64,000 nt of DNA from the NCBI RefSeq assembly GCF_964213995.1, contig NC_135804.1, forward strand, positions 69,378,001-69,442,000, read 5' to 3'. The stretch's first letter is position 1; each line of letters begins with the position of its first letter. The notes under the pieces were generated by a model. The model was not told the origin of the DNA. It made no database searches and saw nothing but the letters and a program-made list of their open reading frames with translations. Source of the stretch: Mustelus asterias (Eukaryota). Shown piece by piece: positions 39,847 to 53,400 of this stretch. The translations under genes and the position numbers were made by a program.

Positions 39847-41002
39847 AGGCTGCAATTTTGCCATCACGTTGCGTCCGTTTTCGAGTGCCAAAAAGTGGTA
39901 AAGTCGGGAGTGAGCCAATTGGCATGAGCTGTGCCCATTTTTATGTCAGTTCCCACTTTACCAGGGGAAAGAAATCATCAAGATCAGGAGCCCGCCCAAA
40001 ACGTGCGTGATGTCAACTTAAATATTTTTGCATTCATCTCAATGCGAGCTCCACTAGCGAGCTCCATGCCCCAATGTACCAGCCTACCTATTCTTACCAC
40101 TTTGTTTGCCCCAGCAGGATTTGTCTGGAAAACATCTCCCCTTTAAAAGTCGGCTTCTGGCGCTCCATCAGTGAGAGTTAATAAGGAGAGCCTCCTATCA
40201 GATAGCTCAGTGGTGCTCACAGAGGGTCATTTCGTGGCGGCCATGTTGCGTTTCGAGTCGGGAGGAGTTGACAAGAGTTGGGAGGGCGGGGATCTGTTGT
40301 TGTTCATGGTGTTCGATGTCCGGTTTTCAGTATACACTGGGGTCTCAGTACTGACCTCAGGTCTTGGCGATTCTGCTGGGTCCCAGTGCATGCTGCACTG
40401 TTGCAGCTGAGGGAATGTCCTGGAAACCCTTTGAAGTGGCAGTGCTGAAGCCTCAGGACTTCTCCAGCGGCACTGTCTGTAGTCACTACTGCATGGGTTC
40501 CGGGTGTATATTACAGGGTGTAGAATGGGGGCGCTGCCACCCTGTCCGTTATTGGCTGGGGTGGAGGAGGGGGCGGTGGTGCTGCCACTCTAACTGCGGT
40601 TGGTGGTGGGGAGGGCGTGATCGTTCTGGGTGGCAGGGGTTGGGGGATAAGTGGGCCAGTGATGTTGGGCGGGTTCGGGGGGGGGGGGCTCCATCCAATG
40701 TCTGCGGGGGCCAGGGCAAAGGTTTGCGGCCCGGGAGGGATCTGGCAGGGGAGCTATGTTATTTTATATTTTTTTCTGCGTATGGGCACTTAGAGGCTCC
40801 GATCGAAGCTGCAGGCTTTCGGCACCTTAAGCCCCGCCCACAGGTTTCTGCAGCGAGCAACTGACTCGCTGAAAATTTTGCAGCCAGAGTACATATGTTG
40901 GGGCCTCATAACGAACCCAAAAAACAAGTCTCCCAGTTCCACCCAGCCGGCGCTGAGACAAAAAGTGCTAAAATATCGCTCACAGTCAGAAAAATCAGGT
41001 TT
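39847..41002. mobile_element. Non-autonomous Harbinger derivative (both ends, no genes)
   Basis: The left part matches 33942-34150 (TGGTAAA..TCGGG, CGCCCAAAACGTGC, AAATATTT.TGCAT). The right part matches 39550-39680 (GCTCCGATC, CAGGTTTCTGCAGC, CTCGCTGA.AATTTTGCAG). Confidence 0.75.
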
Positions 41003-41029
41003 GCACTTGATTTCTGTGTTTGTACCTAT

Positions 41030-41897
41030 TTCGATTGTCAAGTTTGCTTACGACACCACCATTGTTGGTCGGATCTCAAACAATGACGAGACAGAGTAGA
41101 AGAATGAGATAGAGAATCTGGTTAACTGGTGCGGCGACAATAACCTCTCCTCAATGTCAACAAAATGAAGGAGATTGTCATCGACTTCAGGAAGCGCTTT
41201 GGAGAACATGTGCCTGTCTACATCCATGGGAATGGAGTAGAAAGGGTCGAGAGCTTCAGGTTTTTAGGAATCCAGATCATCAACAACCTGTCGTGGTACC
41301 CCCATGCTGACACTGTAGTTAAGAAAGCCCAGCAACGCCTCTACTTTCTCAGAAGACAAAGAAAATTTGGCATTTCAGCTACGACTCTCACCAACTTTTA
41401 CACATGCAACATAGAAAACATTCTTTCTGATTGTATCATAGCTTGGTATGGCTCCTAATCTGCCCAAGACTGCAAGAAACTACGAAATGTCATGAATGTA
41501 GCCCAATCCATCACGCAAACCGGCCTCCATCCATTGACTCTGTCTACACTTCCCGCTGCCTCAGCAAAGCAGCCAGCATAATTAAGGACCCCACTCACCC
41601 CGGACATTCTCTCTTCCACCTTCTTCCTTCGGGAAAAAGATACAAAAGTCTGAGGTCACATACCAACCGACTCAAGAACAGCTTCTTCACTGCTGCTGTC
41701 AGAACTTTGAATGGATTTACCTTGGTATTAAGTTGATCTTTCTCTGTACACTAGCTATGACTTCAATACTATATTCTGCACTCTCTAATTTCCTTCTCTA
41801 TGAATGGTATGTTTTGTCTGTATAGCGTGCAAGAAACAATACTTTTCACTGTATGTTAATACAAGTGACAATAATAAATCAAATCAAATGAAATCTA
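41030..41897 (+). mobile_element. Rex1/Babar-type LINE 3' portion
   Basis: SIVKFAYDTTIVGRISNNDETE, KEIVIDFRK, KKAQQRLYFLRR, HPGHSLFHLLPSGKR, and (CAAAT)n tail. Confidence 0.88.
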
Positions 41898-44649
41898 ATC
41901 ACAGCAACAAATGCACATTCACATTATAAGAATGCTTGGCGTTCTCGATGGTTTTGGGAGGTCAATACTTTTTCTGTGATTTGAAAGGGTTTGGAAACCC
42001 TGCTATAAACATTTATTCTGTTTAATGCTGCCAATATTTGAATATGACACAGGGAAGCGGGGCAAATCAACAGTTCGGACTGTTCCTTCAGATGACAATA
42101 AAGTGCTATCATCCGAGACTGTTTAACTCTGCATGGGAAATGTGGGATATGGAAATATTCCGGTTAATATATTGTAGCTTGGGGAACTTCTGCAAACATA
42201 TAGCAAATTTAACAGCACGAGATAGAAGGCTCAGTATATGTGTCTGTGCGTGTGTGTGTTTGTGTATGACGGAGAGGGTGAAATTAAGACAGAACCTGTT
42301 CGGGATTTAACAAAAACATGTGGAGATGGAGGAGAAAGGTTCATGTCTAAATCAGTTGTTTGCTGTAACTTGCCAGATCAGAAGATGGGGTGCTGCTGCT
42401 CCAGCTTGTGTTGAGCTTCAATCGAGCATTGCAGCAGGCCAAGGAGGGTACGTGTCATTAGACCAAGGTGCTGAGTTGAAATGATAAGCAACAGGAAGGT
42501 AGTGTCAATCATGAGGTCTGGGCGAAGGTGATCCACAAATCGGAACAAGTCTATGTGTATCCGGCCCAATGCAGAGGACATGACATTGGGAACAGAGAAT
42601 ATATTAAACCAAAGAGATGGAGATGCAAACGAAACTCTGATTAAGCGGAAATGAGTGTTTGGCCTTGAATCATCATTGAATTGCAGTCGGGAATGGGTTA
42701 ATGACCCTTGTCACACGTAAGCATTAAGACCCGAACTCTGTGATTTTGTTTAGAACACTGCAGAGTCCATGTTTTTGTCAGAGTTCGGTGTTTTTCATGT
42801 CTGTGCCAGATAAAAGAAACAGCTATTTCTCTGTCTCCATTTGTTATCAAGACATGCGATTAACCCAGCTCGACTTAAGCTAAACAACCTCCATTTTTAT
42901 GTACCTTTGTTTCACACGATGGAGTTGACATGTATGCCTTCTGTCTTTGAATCACCGTAGATTCATATATATATTCATCATACGTTCTTCATCTTATCCT
43001 GATATGAAGTATTATTCAAACCTGTATGTAGATTAGTTAACTTGTTTGTGCAAAACCTGTGATGTTGTTTCAAGGATATAAATGACGAACAATCGTGGCC
43101 TTGGAGATCGGACAAACTAAGCAGAGGAAGATCCTGCGAAAACAACAAGAATCTCACCATGAACAATGACAGCCATCTCAGAAAATTGCAATGTAATAAG
43201 GGCGGGAACAGGGACATTTATAAACTCTGTTCTTACTTGTGTTCGATGAGAAGCCCTGGGTCCACTGTTAGGAACCTCACTTCTCCCACAATTGTGAAAA
43301 TAAACCTGCATTTTGATCTACTAATAGTGTCAGAGGTTTTTTACCTACAACAGAATCATCATAAAAACATTAGTGTAGAAAAAGGCCATTGAACCCATCG
43401 AGTCTACACCGACCACCATCCCACCCAGTCGTGAGGATGGATGAGAGAAACGGGCAGGTGTTACTCATTGTGCGATTGCACTCTAGGATGGCCATGGAAA
43501 TATTTTTGTAAACGTCAGTCTGATACACGAATGAATGGAACCAAATGAAATCAGACAAACAGTCATGGACTTGACTCTTAGGTCTCTTCTGAAATGGCAA
43601 AGCACATCACATCCAATCAATACCAGGGCAATAAATGCTAGCCCAGGCACATGTGAGTAAGAATTTAAAATAAAATATGGTATAACATCACCGCCCCCGT
43701 CCACCCGCCCCGAAACGTTCGTTCTATAAGGGTTAATTTAATCGCTTCAACATAAGTTTCAATAGAATTATAATCGTTGAGTCCCTCATAATTATCATTA
43801 GCCAGGCGTGTGGCCGTTGGGCAGAACATGAGATGGAGTAGCAAAATAAATTCCGCGAGTACCAGTACAAGCAAAAGAATAACAGTTTGAGGCGAGTAAA
43901 TTTTGGCTCCACAAAAGATCTAGCTAATCTATATGGCACAACTCCGATGTGCGATGGAATGTTCCCCACTTTCCTGGACCAGAGTTTCCTAACACTTGCA
44001 AAGATCGACCAGCATCAACAGTTCCAGAAGTGTACTCCATTTTCTAGGTGCACTGAGGCAAATCACCAAGCGTCCTTCGGCAGCCGCTATGGACAACGCA
44101 AGTAATCGCCCACACCACACAAATAAACACGGCGGGCGATATAGTATCCTGATTTCGATCTTCCAGTCCCGTCGTAGTCGCTGTATTAAAATCCTGCAAT
44201 TTATTTCCTAACAGCAGTGTTGACCTAAATACACGAGGTATACAGAAAGGTTGAGCAAACCTTTATCTTAGCCCGAACAATTAGGCATGAACAAATCATA
44301 TTGAACTTGCTAGTGAACCAGTACAAATAAAACATTAATAGCGAGGCATGCATTCTCCCAACATTGTGGAACCATTTTAAATGTTAAGATTCTTGAGTTG
44401 TGTTTATGTCTTTTGTCACATTATAAACATTTTATCATGGGGAAAACCTCAGGCGTCAGGTATTATACATCAAAATTAGTATTAGAAGATGCACCAGGCA
44501 ATTTGAATTCGCAAATAAATTTGAAGATATTCACAATGTTATATGTCGGTATTTCATGATATCTCATAAAAGTAAAAGTATCCAACAACTGCCGATTGCT
44601 ACTTCATAGTAACAGGCCACAAACTATTGGAGAGGATACAGAGCTGTCA

Positions 44650-47600
44650 CATTACATAGAAATTAAGAGCAAGTGTAGGTCATAGGGCCCATTAAGCCTG
44701 CTCCATCAGTAAATGTGAGCATCGCAGATCTACAATATCAATGCCTTGATGGCTTTAAAATCGAAATGATTTTTTTCTTGAATACATTCTGTGAATTGAC
44801 CTTTAAAGCCGTCTTTGATACATAATTTCATGAATGACCAAACTTTAGGAAAAATAAATCTTTTCTCATCTCTGATGTGCGAAAGATGTGCGGGTTAGGT
44901 TGATTGGCCAGGTTAAAAATTGCCCCTGAGATTCGTAGGTTAGCGGGATTAGCGGGTAAATATGTGGGGGTAGGGCCTGGGTGGGATTGTGGTCGGTGCA
45001 GACTCGATGGGCCGAATGGCCTCCTTCTGCACTGTAGGGTTTCTATGTTTCTATGTTTCTGTCCTAAATGGTTGGCTCCGAATTCTGAGAGTATGTCTCC
45101 TGGTTTGGGAGACCTCAAACAAGGAAAACAACCCTCCTTCATCTAGTCTGTCAATACCTGTTAGAATTGCAGAGGTTTCAATGAGATCTATTCTCATCTT
45201 TCTAAACTCTCATGAATTCAGGCCTGGTTACATCAATCTCTCCTCACAAGAGAGTCTATGATTATGGGCAATTCATGTCCCGTTACCAGCCTAATAAAAC
45301 TCGCTGCACGCATTATATGGCAAGTGTGTCCTTTCTTAGATAGGGAGATTAAAACTGAATGCAATACGCCAGACGTTGTCTCACCAAGGCCCTTCATAAC
45401 TATTGGAAAACATTTCTACTTCTGAACTCAAATCCTTTGACAAGGGAAGGCCAAAATACCGCTTGTCTTCCTAATTGCTTGCTGCACATGGTTCTCCACT
45501 TTCACGGTCTGGCGCACTTAGGTCTCCTTCTACTCCAGTCCTTCCAATATATCAACAATTTAGCAATATTGTTTTTTTTTCTCGCGGAGGTATGTCAACT
45601 CACAATCAGCCACGTTGTACACCATCCGCCATGAGTTTACACATTACTCTACTTGTGTAATTAACCTCGAAGACCCCTTGTGCCCTCTACACAATTCACA
45701 ATTCCACCCAGTTATGTGTCGTGGTGGAATTGTGAATTGAAACTTGGAATCAGTTGGTACCTGTGCATTAATCCTTGTGTCTGCACCACTAATCAAGGCC
45801 TGGCACAGGAAAAAAAATGCAATTTATTTTTCAAAGTTATTTTTCTGTCTGTCGACCGATTCACAATCCATGGCAAGACATTACACCCTTATCCCATGTG
45901 CTAATTGTGCATATTAGCTTCTTAAGATTGACCTTACCAAAAACTTTCAAGGAGTCAATTGCACCGCGCCAATGATTCTCCCTTATCTATTCTACTTGTC
46001 ATATCTTCAAAAATCTGTGATAGATTGTTGAAGCATGATAAACTTTTCATAAACCCATGCAGTATATATATTTTTTCCAATATCCCTGATGCTTCCCAGT
46101 CGTTGTCTTATGGAATCATTTGTTACGTACTCTAGCATCTTCCCCACTAACTGGCCATCTGACCTTTTCAACTTATTTGTTTTACTTTCCCTTCTTTTTT
46201 AAAATAGCGGGGTTACGTTTGCAACCTCCAATCTGTAGGAACTGCCCCACTCTAAGGATTTTTCAAGATGACCATCTATGCTTCCAATATTTCGAGATCC
46301 ACGTCCTGTAATAGTTAGGGGAGAATACCATGCCCTCCTGATTTGTTAGTCATTTGCACTGTTAATTTCTGCAGCACCATGTTCTTACTAAAACAGATTT
46401 CCTTCAACTCCACCTCTCACTAGACTGTTGGTTGCTTCCAAATTCTCAGAGTTTATTAGTGCCCTCCTTTATGAAGACAGATCAACATTATGTGTTCAAT
46501 TTTTCAGCCATTTTTGCGTTTCCCATTGTAATTGTCTCGTCTTCCGGTTGTAAAGAAATTCCATTTGTGTTTTGAAATACTTTATCTTCATATATTTATG
46601 GAAACGTTTAAGAACAGTCGGCATGCTCCCTGCAATTTTACTCTAATACTAAACATTGATTTCTAGACAAAGTAGTTTGTCTTATTTTGCTGAATTCTAA
46701 ATTACCCCCAATAATGAGAGTTTCTTTTCTTCCAGCAGTTTTACATATCTCCTCTTTGGAGTTAATATTATGGTTACTATATTTTTAAGCCATGTTTGAG
46801 CCACCTTTCTTCTTCATTTTGGAACCAGAGAGGTTCCACAGTCTTCCCTAGCCAATTCGCACCTGGTAGCCTCGTATTTCCCTTCATTTAGATTCTGGAC
46901 ACCAGTTTCGGATTCGACGATTTCACACTCCAGCTTACTGATAAATTCTATCGTTTTATGGTTTCTCTTCCTCAAGATCCTTAACTAATACTTTCTCATT
47001 GCACAGTGCCCGTACCAGAATATCCTGCTGTCTGGTTGTTCACTCAACATATTTGAGTAAAAACGATCATACCCAAATTCCAGGAACTTCTCCTCCAGCA
47101 TACCATTGCGAGGTTGGGTTGTCCAATATATGTGCAAATTAATGTCGCCTCGGATTTTAGTTGCATCTTTGTTTCACACATCACTGGGTTTTAAAACATT
47201 ACCTTACAGCTCTACTCATGTTTTGGGACCGACTGACACGGAGTAGAAAGGTGTTCTGTGTTTTGCAGATTCTGGTCTCCAACTATACACATCCCACACT
47301 TTGATTTTCTGAGCCACATTCCTTCCTCACTATTACATTGATTCCATAATACCTCGGAGCAGAATGAGGCCGCTCGGCCCATCGAGTCTGCTCCGCCATT
47401 CAATCATGCCTGACATTTTTCTCATCCCCATTCTCATGCCCTCCTTTACTACCAATGCTATCCCACATTCTCTCCCTTTTTGTCTGTCCTTCCTAAATAG
47501 TGAACAACCCTGAATGTTCAGTTTCCATATTTGTGAACCTGTCGCCATATCTCTGCTCTTGAAGCTGACCATGACAATTTAGATCTAGATGCGCTGTCAA

Positions 47601-48030
47601 TTTCTTTCCATTGGTGCAAATGTGCTGTGTACTGAGATACAAAGCCTTCAGCCTTGACTTTTAAACCTTGATAATTATCTTGACTTTATCTTGCACTATG
47701 ATCCCATTTTCTATACCTTTGTTTTTTTTCCGCCTTAAACTTTTTCTTCTTATATTTTTGCGTTTTGAAACTATCTTGTTGATCCTACCTCTGTTTCCCA
47801 GCTTAGGTTCCCATCTCCCTGTCATTCTAGTTTGAACACGCTCCATCAGAACTCGGAGAACCCCCCATCCACTTGTCACGTGGACATTTGCAGCCCGTCG
47901 AAATGGACTGGTGGAAACTTCCGCAGAACTTGGCACAACGGCCGAGGGATCTGAAACCTTCCCTCCTGTACCAATTCTCCAGCTACGAATTCATCTGGTA
48001 TTTGCCTTTCTGGCTAGCACTTCGTATTGA
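44650..48030 (-). mobile_element. Long, heavily decayed CR1 relic with later SINE/CR1-tail insertions
   Basis: Residual WKLNIQGCSLFRKDRQKG (APE), RT-like and ORF1-like segments in collinear order. Confidence 0.65.
44878..45060 (+). mobile_element. 5'-truncated HE1-like SINE
   Basis: AAAGATGTGCGGGTTAGGTTGATTGGCCA...GACTCGATGGGCCGAATGGCCTCCTTCTGCACTG(TTTCTATG)n. Confidence 0.8.
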
Positions 48031-48102
48031 TAATAATGAATAGTTTATTTTGTTATTACTGCTTAAATAGTTGAATGTATGGGTTGAGTATTAGCGATGA
48101 TG

Positions 48103-48298
48103 TGGTACCTTTTAAGACCTGGCTGGCTGTAGATATTTGCATTCTAATTCGTATTCTGTAACTTGATTTCTGTGTCTGTGCACTGTTGGAGAACAGAGAC
48201 CACTCCATCTGACGAAGGAGCAGCAAGCTCCGAAAGCTTATGGTATTTGCTACCAAATAAACCTGTTGGACTTTAACCTGGTGTTGTGAGACTTCTTA
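48103..48298 (+). mobile_element. Penelope-like pLTR 3' fragment
   Basis: Matches 19915-20105. Confidence 0.85.
48205..48243 (+). ncRNA. Minimal hammerhead ribozyme motif, intact core
   Basis: CCAT-CTGACGA-A-GGAGC-AGCAA-GCTCC-GAAA-GC-TT-ATGG. Confidence 0.83.
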
Positions 48299-50388
48299 TT
48301 GAGTATTAGCAACATATGTAACAGTGAACTAATTGAAACACAGGGCATTACAAGTGTCACAGCCAAAGTGTGTTCCTTTGAGGATCGGGCAGGGTAAACT
48401 CAAAAGCCAACAGGAAATTATTAACTCAGTTATATATGTGCTGCATACTAGTCTGCTGAGGGAAATAAAACTCTATGTTCCAAGAGGCCCTGGTCAGGGT
48501 CTCCCAGACCTCTTTGGATTTCTGGATGGTTGTTGCGGACTGCAGGTTTCTTAATTCTGCACTCTTCAATTGTGAACGAAATGATGAACTATGTAACCGC
48601 ATGACAGGAGACAGAGATTGACGAAGGTGGGGAAAAATGTGCGATCCATTAGAAGAACATGAGTATGATGCTTGACATGGATCTGTGAACAGCAAATCAC
48701 GGCTAAAGGTTTGCTTCAGTTTCGCTGAAGGTCATGCTTTTGGCTTACACTCATCAGGCATTCGCCAGCATACCTAATGCAAAGCAAATAAAAATTCGCG
48801 CTTCACGGGACGAGAGGGCTGTTTGGTTGCAAACGGAAACTGACAGGTAGTTGCTTTGTCATGTAGAATGCAACTGTGAACTAATGACTGACAGATAACC
48901 GCCAAGTCTCGCTGCAGTGAAATATGGCAAGTTGATTCTGATTGGTCAATGCTTTGCCCGAGTTAATCACTATCCTGTTCAGCTAAAACAGTGGCAACGG
49001 AGCAATGTATGTTAATGTTCATTCTCTCTGCAAAGAGGGTCGTGCTTATGAATGTATGCACCTTCTTGGACGCTTATTTTACCACAAAGCAAGCTCTATT
49101 GATGACAATAAATTGAATGTGCACGCCAAGCTGAGTGCAATCAGGATTGTTAGGCAAATGTTTTCCGATCGCCGAATCAAATCTGATGTTTGTCACTGTG
49201 ATTTGAGTTTTGCAGGGACGGACTTTTTGTACAGTGTGAGTAGCTTGCCGAATGCGAAGAGCGACATTTTATGTTGTTCAATATGACCCACAAGTCTTTG
49301 AGGCGTCCGGCCGACATGTCTAAATTACTAGGACATTGATGTTCAGTAATAACGTTATTCATTGTTTTGATAGGCCAAATGTATTTTTCGCCTGACGCTT
49401 TGTTACTTGTGAACATAAATTGCATTGCTGCTGCAAAGTAGAAACATGAAACAAGTAGCTTTAAGTGTTTTTTTTTGCGAGCCCTCACTCTTCTCGGTAA
49501 ACTCACCACTTTTTCTCAGACCGAAAGACGGGGCTTGAAGTCTATTCACGCGTTTGTTTGTGATCGAACTGAGGCGATCTAATGAAGACAGGCCTTACTT
49601 TGCAGGATGATTTCATGCCCCTTATTTCAGAAAAAGTTTGTTGTCGATTGTATGTTTATCCTCTTGTGTGCATAGTCGCTCAGAATGTTCTTTCTCGCAA
49701 TAATAGACGCCATAATAGACGCCGTAGCAAAATTGAAGCTTAGGTGACTATTAGGGAAGAAATAGCATGAAGCTGTAATTGGCAATGAAACGGCATCATA
49801 ACTTCGACGATTTGTATGCTTCCAATTGAAGTTTAAACGAGTTAAGCCACTGCCTCCCCACCACCCACCTCCCCATACACACGCACACACGCACACATAC
49901 ACACAAATACACAGCATCACCAACAGAACGAACTCGGCGGACAAACACATTTCCTCCAGGGCTTGGCGTTGGCCAAAACGTTGCTTTGGATGTTCTGCGG
50001 GTATATACTTATTTCGTCAATATTTATTTGATACATCCAGTTAAGTTGCCATTATTCCTTAGAACATACACCGCACTTTGAACTATTATGTTCAATTGAA
50101 CAAAAATGCTGTCAGCGTAATATTGTGTTTTATTAAATAATGTTTGAGTCCGAAACACAGTTGAATGAGTTGGAGAGCTGTGAGCTAAATGAAACGTTCT
50201 TCCTTTCGACTGGGACTTGGGAAAACGCAGCCAGACACTGTGACGCTAAGCGTGCCTATTAATATTTCCAATTCTGTTCTGCGATATTACGTGTCATTTC
50301 CTCTGGTGCACGTCAGAGTATATGATTATATCTCTATGCGAATCACCGTGCTGTTTGGCAGAGAAGACGTGGCTGCCTGTTCTCAAAT

Positions 50389-50443
50389 ATGTCTGTGCTC
50401 AATGTTGGTATTTTAATGCGGATCATGGCCATCTTTTGCACAG
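50389..50443 (+). CDS. Paralog A exon 1, signal peptide
   Basis: MSVLNVGILMRIMAIFCT, then G|gttgtt (weak donor, phase 1), 109 nt before the V exon. Confidence 0.65.
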
Positions 50444-53400
50444 GTTGTTTTATTTCTCCCTGTGTTGTTTGTTGCCCATGTCTGTTTGTTATCTTGTAAA
50501 CTGTACTGCTACTATGTGTCTTTCATACAATCATTATTCTGTTTTATGATAGCTGGCATTCGCGCTAATTTCCAAGTCTCTCAAGCTCCTGAAAACACGA
50601 ACGCTCTCTTGGGCACAAACGTCACCTTCTATTGCACATTCCCTATTTTTCAAAATGCCTTAAATGTGGAAGTTTACTGGTGGAAACTGGGTGAAAACGG
50701 ATTTCTGCACAGAAGTTCAGACAGCAGGAAGATATTTCTCCGCTTTAAGCAAGGGGGTGCCTCATTTCAGCTCCTGAATATCAGTGCCCGGGATGCCGGT
50801 GTGTATTACTGCGGTGTCAAAACTTTGGAAAACAGGACTGCAAATGGAACCGGCTCAACGATCAAAGTATCAGGTAGGTGACGTTCTGGCACGAAGAAAA
50901 GGAAAGCTCATAGATAGTGTGGTGTTGCCATTATTTTTTACATTAAAATTGTTTATATAATTTGGAAATTCAATCAAATTCTCTTGCCGGGTATGGGCAA
51001 CCTGACCGAAGCCTCCATTTGGAACAGACATAGCCACACCTATGTATTGTTTATGTTTTCAGGCAGGAGTAACATAGTTTAGTTCAGCGAACGTCGTTGT
51101 GTCAAGATATGTAGAGTCCTTGTTCCAGGTGTAGAGTTGAAAAGTGCCATACCTACTTGACATGATTTATTGGTTCTTACATAAGCAAACCTCAATTTCA
51201 TTTAGTGCCCCGGAAACTGATCGAACAATGCCCCTACTTTCGCGTTAAAATGAACGAGTAGCACTATCCGGATAAAAGCCATATCACAATTTCTTATAAA
51301 TGCATTGTTCCCTCAATAAATATTTGAACCGTCTAACAAACGTGTGAACCAAACGCGAGCCAAACATTTGATGAAGTCTGCACAAAATTAAATTTTACAA
51401 CTCTATGGAAGTCTTTAAGTTAGGAATGCTTAGAGTGGATTTTCGCAGTCCTTCTATGTTAAGAAACGATACCTTGCCAAAACTCAATTATACAAGGAAC
51501 TCAATTAACTATAACCAACATTTGACGAGAGCCAAAGTTCATTCAACGATAGCCTATGGCCCGGAATAGATATTGTTTTCACCATAGTTATGTCCCCATA
51601 GTACTATATATTCCGAATCAACAAGCTTTGATTATTGCCTATTTCAATTTGCTCAACAAGACCCTTTTTGAAGTCTTAACGACAAAGAATCTGTACAGAT
51701 CTCCCAACAATTGGAACTTGCAAAACATTATTTTGTTGAGACTGAATTTCCTTTTGCCAGTTACCTGTTGGCAAGAATATGGTAAGGGCTATGTTCCTCT
51801 TATTAATTACAAATTTGATTGTTGAAGTCATATGAATTGGCCGTTCATGGACTAAAAGGCTGCAGAGTGAGAGAAACATGCAACAGACAAGGGAGAGATT
51901 GGATCAATTATTCTTGCGCTGCATCTTTGTAAAGTATTTATTAGTCCTGATTCCCTGCAATTTCCCAATAACCCTCGAATCTATGTTCAAACACTGACAA
52001 ATATATTGGTAAATGATTTCCATGCAAGGAATACAAATTTGTTGCAGTTACTTAACGCTCAAGGAGATCACATCGGATAAAGTAAACGTAATTTGTGCAA
52101 TCAAGAGAAAACGAACCCATAAAATTATTCGTTTTTTTTATTTTGTACCCTTCGCAGTTCCACCAACTCCGTTGAAGATTTTTTCCAAAGTACATGAAGT
52201 AAACTCTTCTTTCCTTGATCTCCTGTGCGAAACCAGTGAGTTTTACCCAAACGTGCTGAATCTCAGTTGGTATAAAGATGGGATTGAGATCAGGAACTGC
52301 ACAGTGACAACCAAGTCATTGAACATAAATGGACTTTATAAAGTTTCAAGTATATTAAAGAGGATGCAACCTGTCAGGAGCACAACTGTTTACACCTGTC
52401 AGGTTTCTCACGTCACACTCCCTGTCCCAGCTAAAGTGGAATTTGCTCTTCTGAACCCCAAGCTAGGTAAGGACCAACATCGTTAACAACTCAATAAACT
52501 GGCGATACACTACTGTGCATTTACATTGTAATTTAACATTGATGGGGCACGACCTAGCTTCAAATACGTTTCAGACATGTAGCGTAGATTCGGAAGCAGT
52601 TCATAACTCCAACGTAAGCGAATGCAAACTCCAGCAAGTCGGCAGCTTTTCGTTGTAACTCGTTGATTCGCCAGGGAGCTTAAATACGTTACTCTACACA
52701 AGTTTAGAAAATTATGCTTTGTAATTAAGTATTTCAGAAATTGCAGCTGCACTCTCAAAGCCGAAATTGTACGTAACTTAGCAAAATAGTTTGTTTCTGA
52801 AAAAAGAGAATCTGCTGAATTATCTGGGATCCTCAATCGTTTAGTGGCAAAAACGCGAAACCCAAATTGACTATTGCAGTTGGATGATATTACCTCCTTA
52901 GTTTCTTATGTAGTGTGTTTTGTTTGTACTTTAGAAAGAATCGGACCTCTCAGGGACAAAAGAGGGGAATTATGCTTAGAACCAAAGGAAGTAGGAGAGA
53001 TCCTAAACTAATACTTTGCATCAGTATTCACAAAGGAGAGGGACATGTTGACTGGGAGTGTCTCAGAGCGATGTGTTGACCGTTAGAAAAAATCTTTAGA
53101 TCACCTTGAGCTCGTGACCCCTCGTGATCGTCACCTCCGACCTGGGAAAAAGCTTCCCACTGTTCACCCTATCTATCCCCTTCATAATCTTGTACACCTC
53201 CATTAGATCTCCCCTCATTCTCCGTCTTTTCAGGGAGAACAACCCCAGTTTACCCAATCTCTCCTCTGAGCTAAAACCCTCCATACATACATAGGATGCA
53301 TAAAATAATCATCTGGCCGTCAAAATAAAAGCATCAGTTTCCTTCCTAATTCGTGGCTTCCCCGCAAATGGACACAAATTAGTTTGATTGTCAACATTTA

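Noticed and set aside
39190-39918. 242-aa proline-rich ORF (similarly 34052-34717)
   Set aside because: Arises from poly-G subterminal regions of the Harbinger element and has no domain signature.
43110-43311. Minus-strand ...AVIVHG|gtgag resembling the end of a V exon
   Set aside because: No upstream Cys, Trp or DxGxYxC motifs were found.
50874-52157. Rearranging Ig/TCR locus (V, J and C segments)
   Set aside because: I saw no heptamer-spacer-nonamer next to either V; the J-like strand is germline-joined and splices directly to C1. The CACAGTG hits I checked (for example 13633 and SINE heads) lack nonamers.
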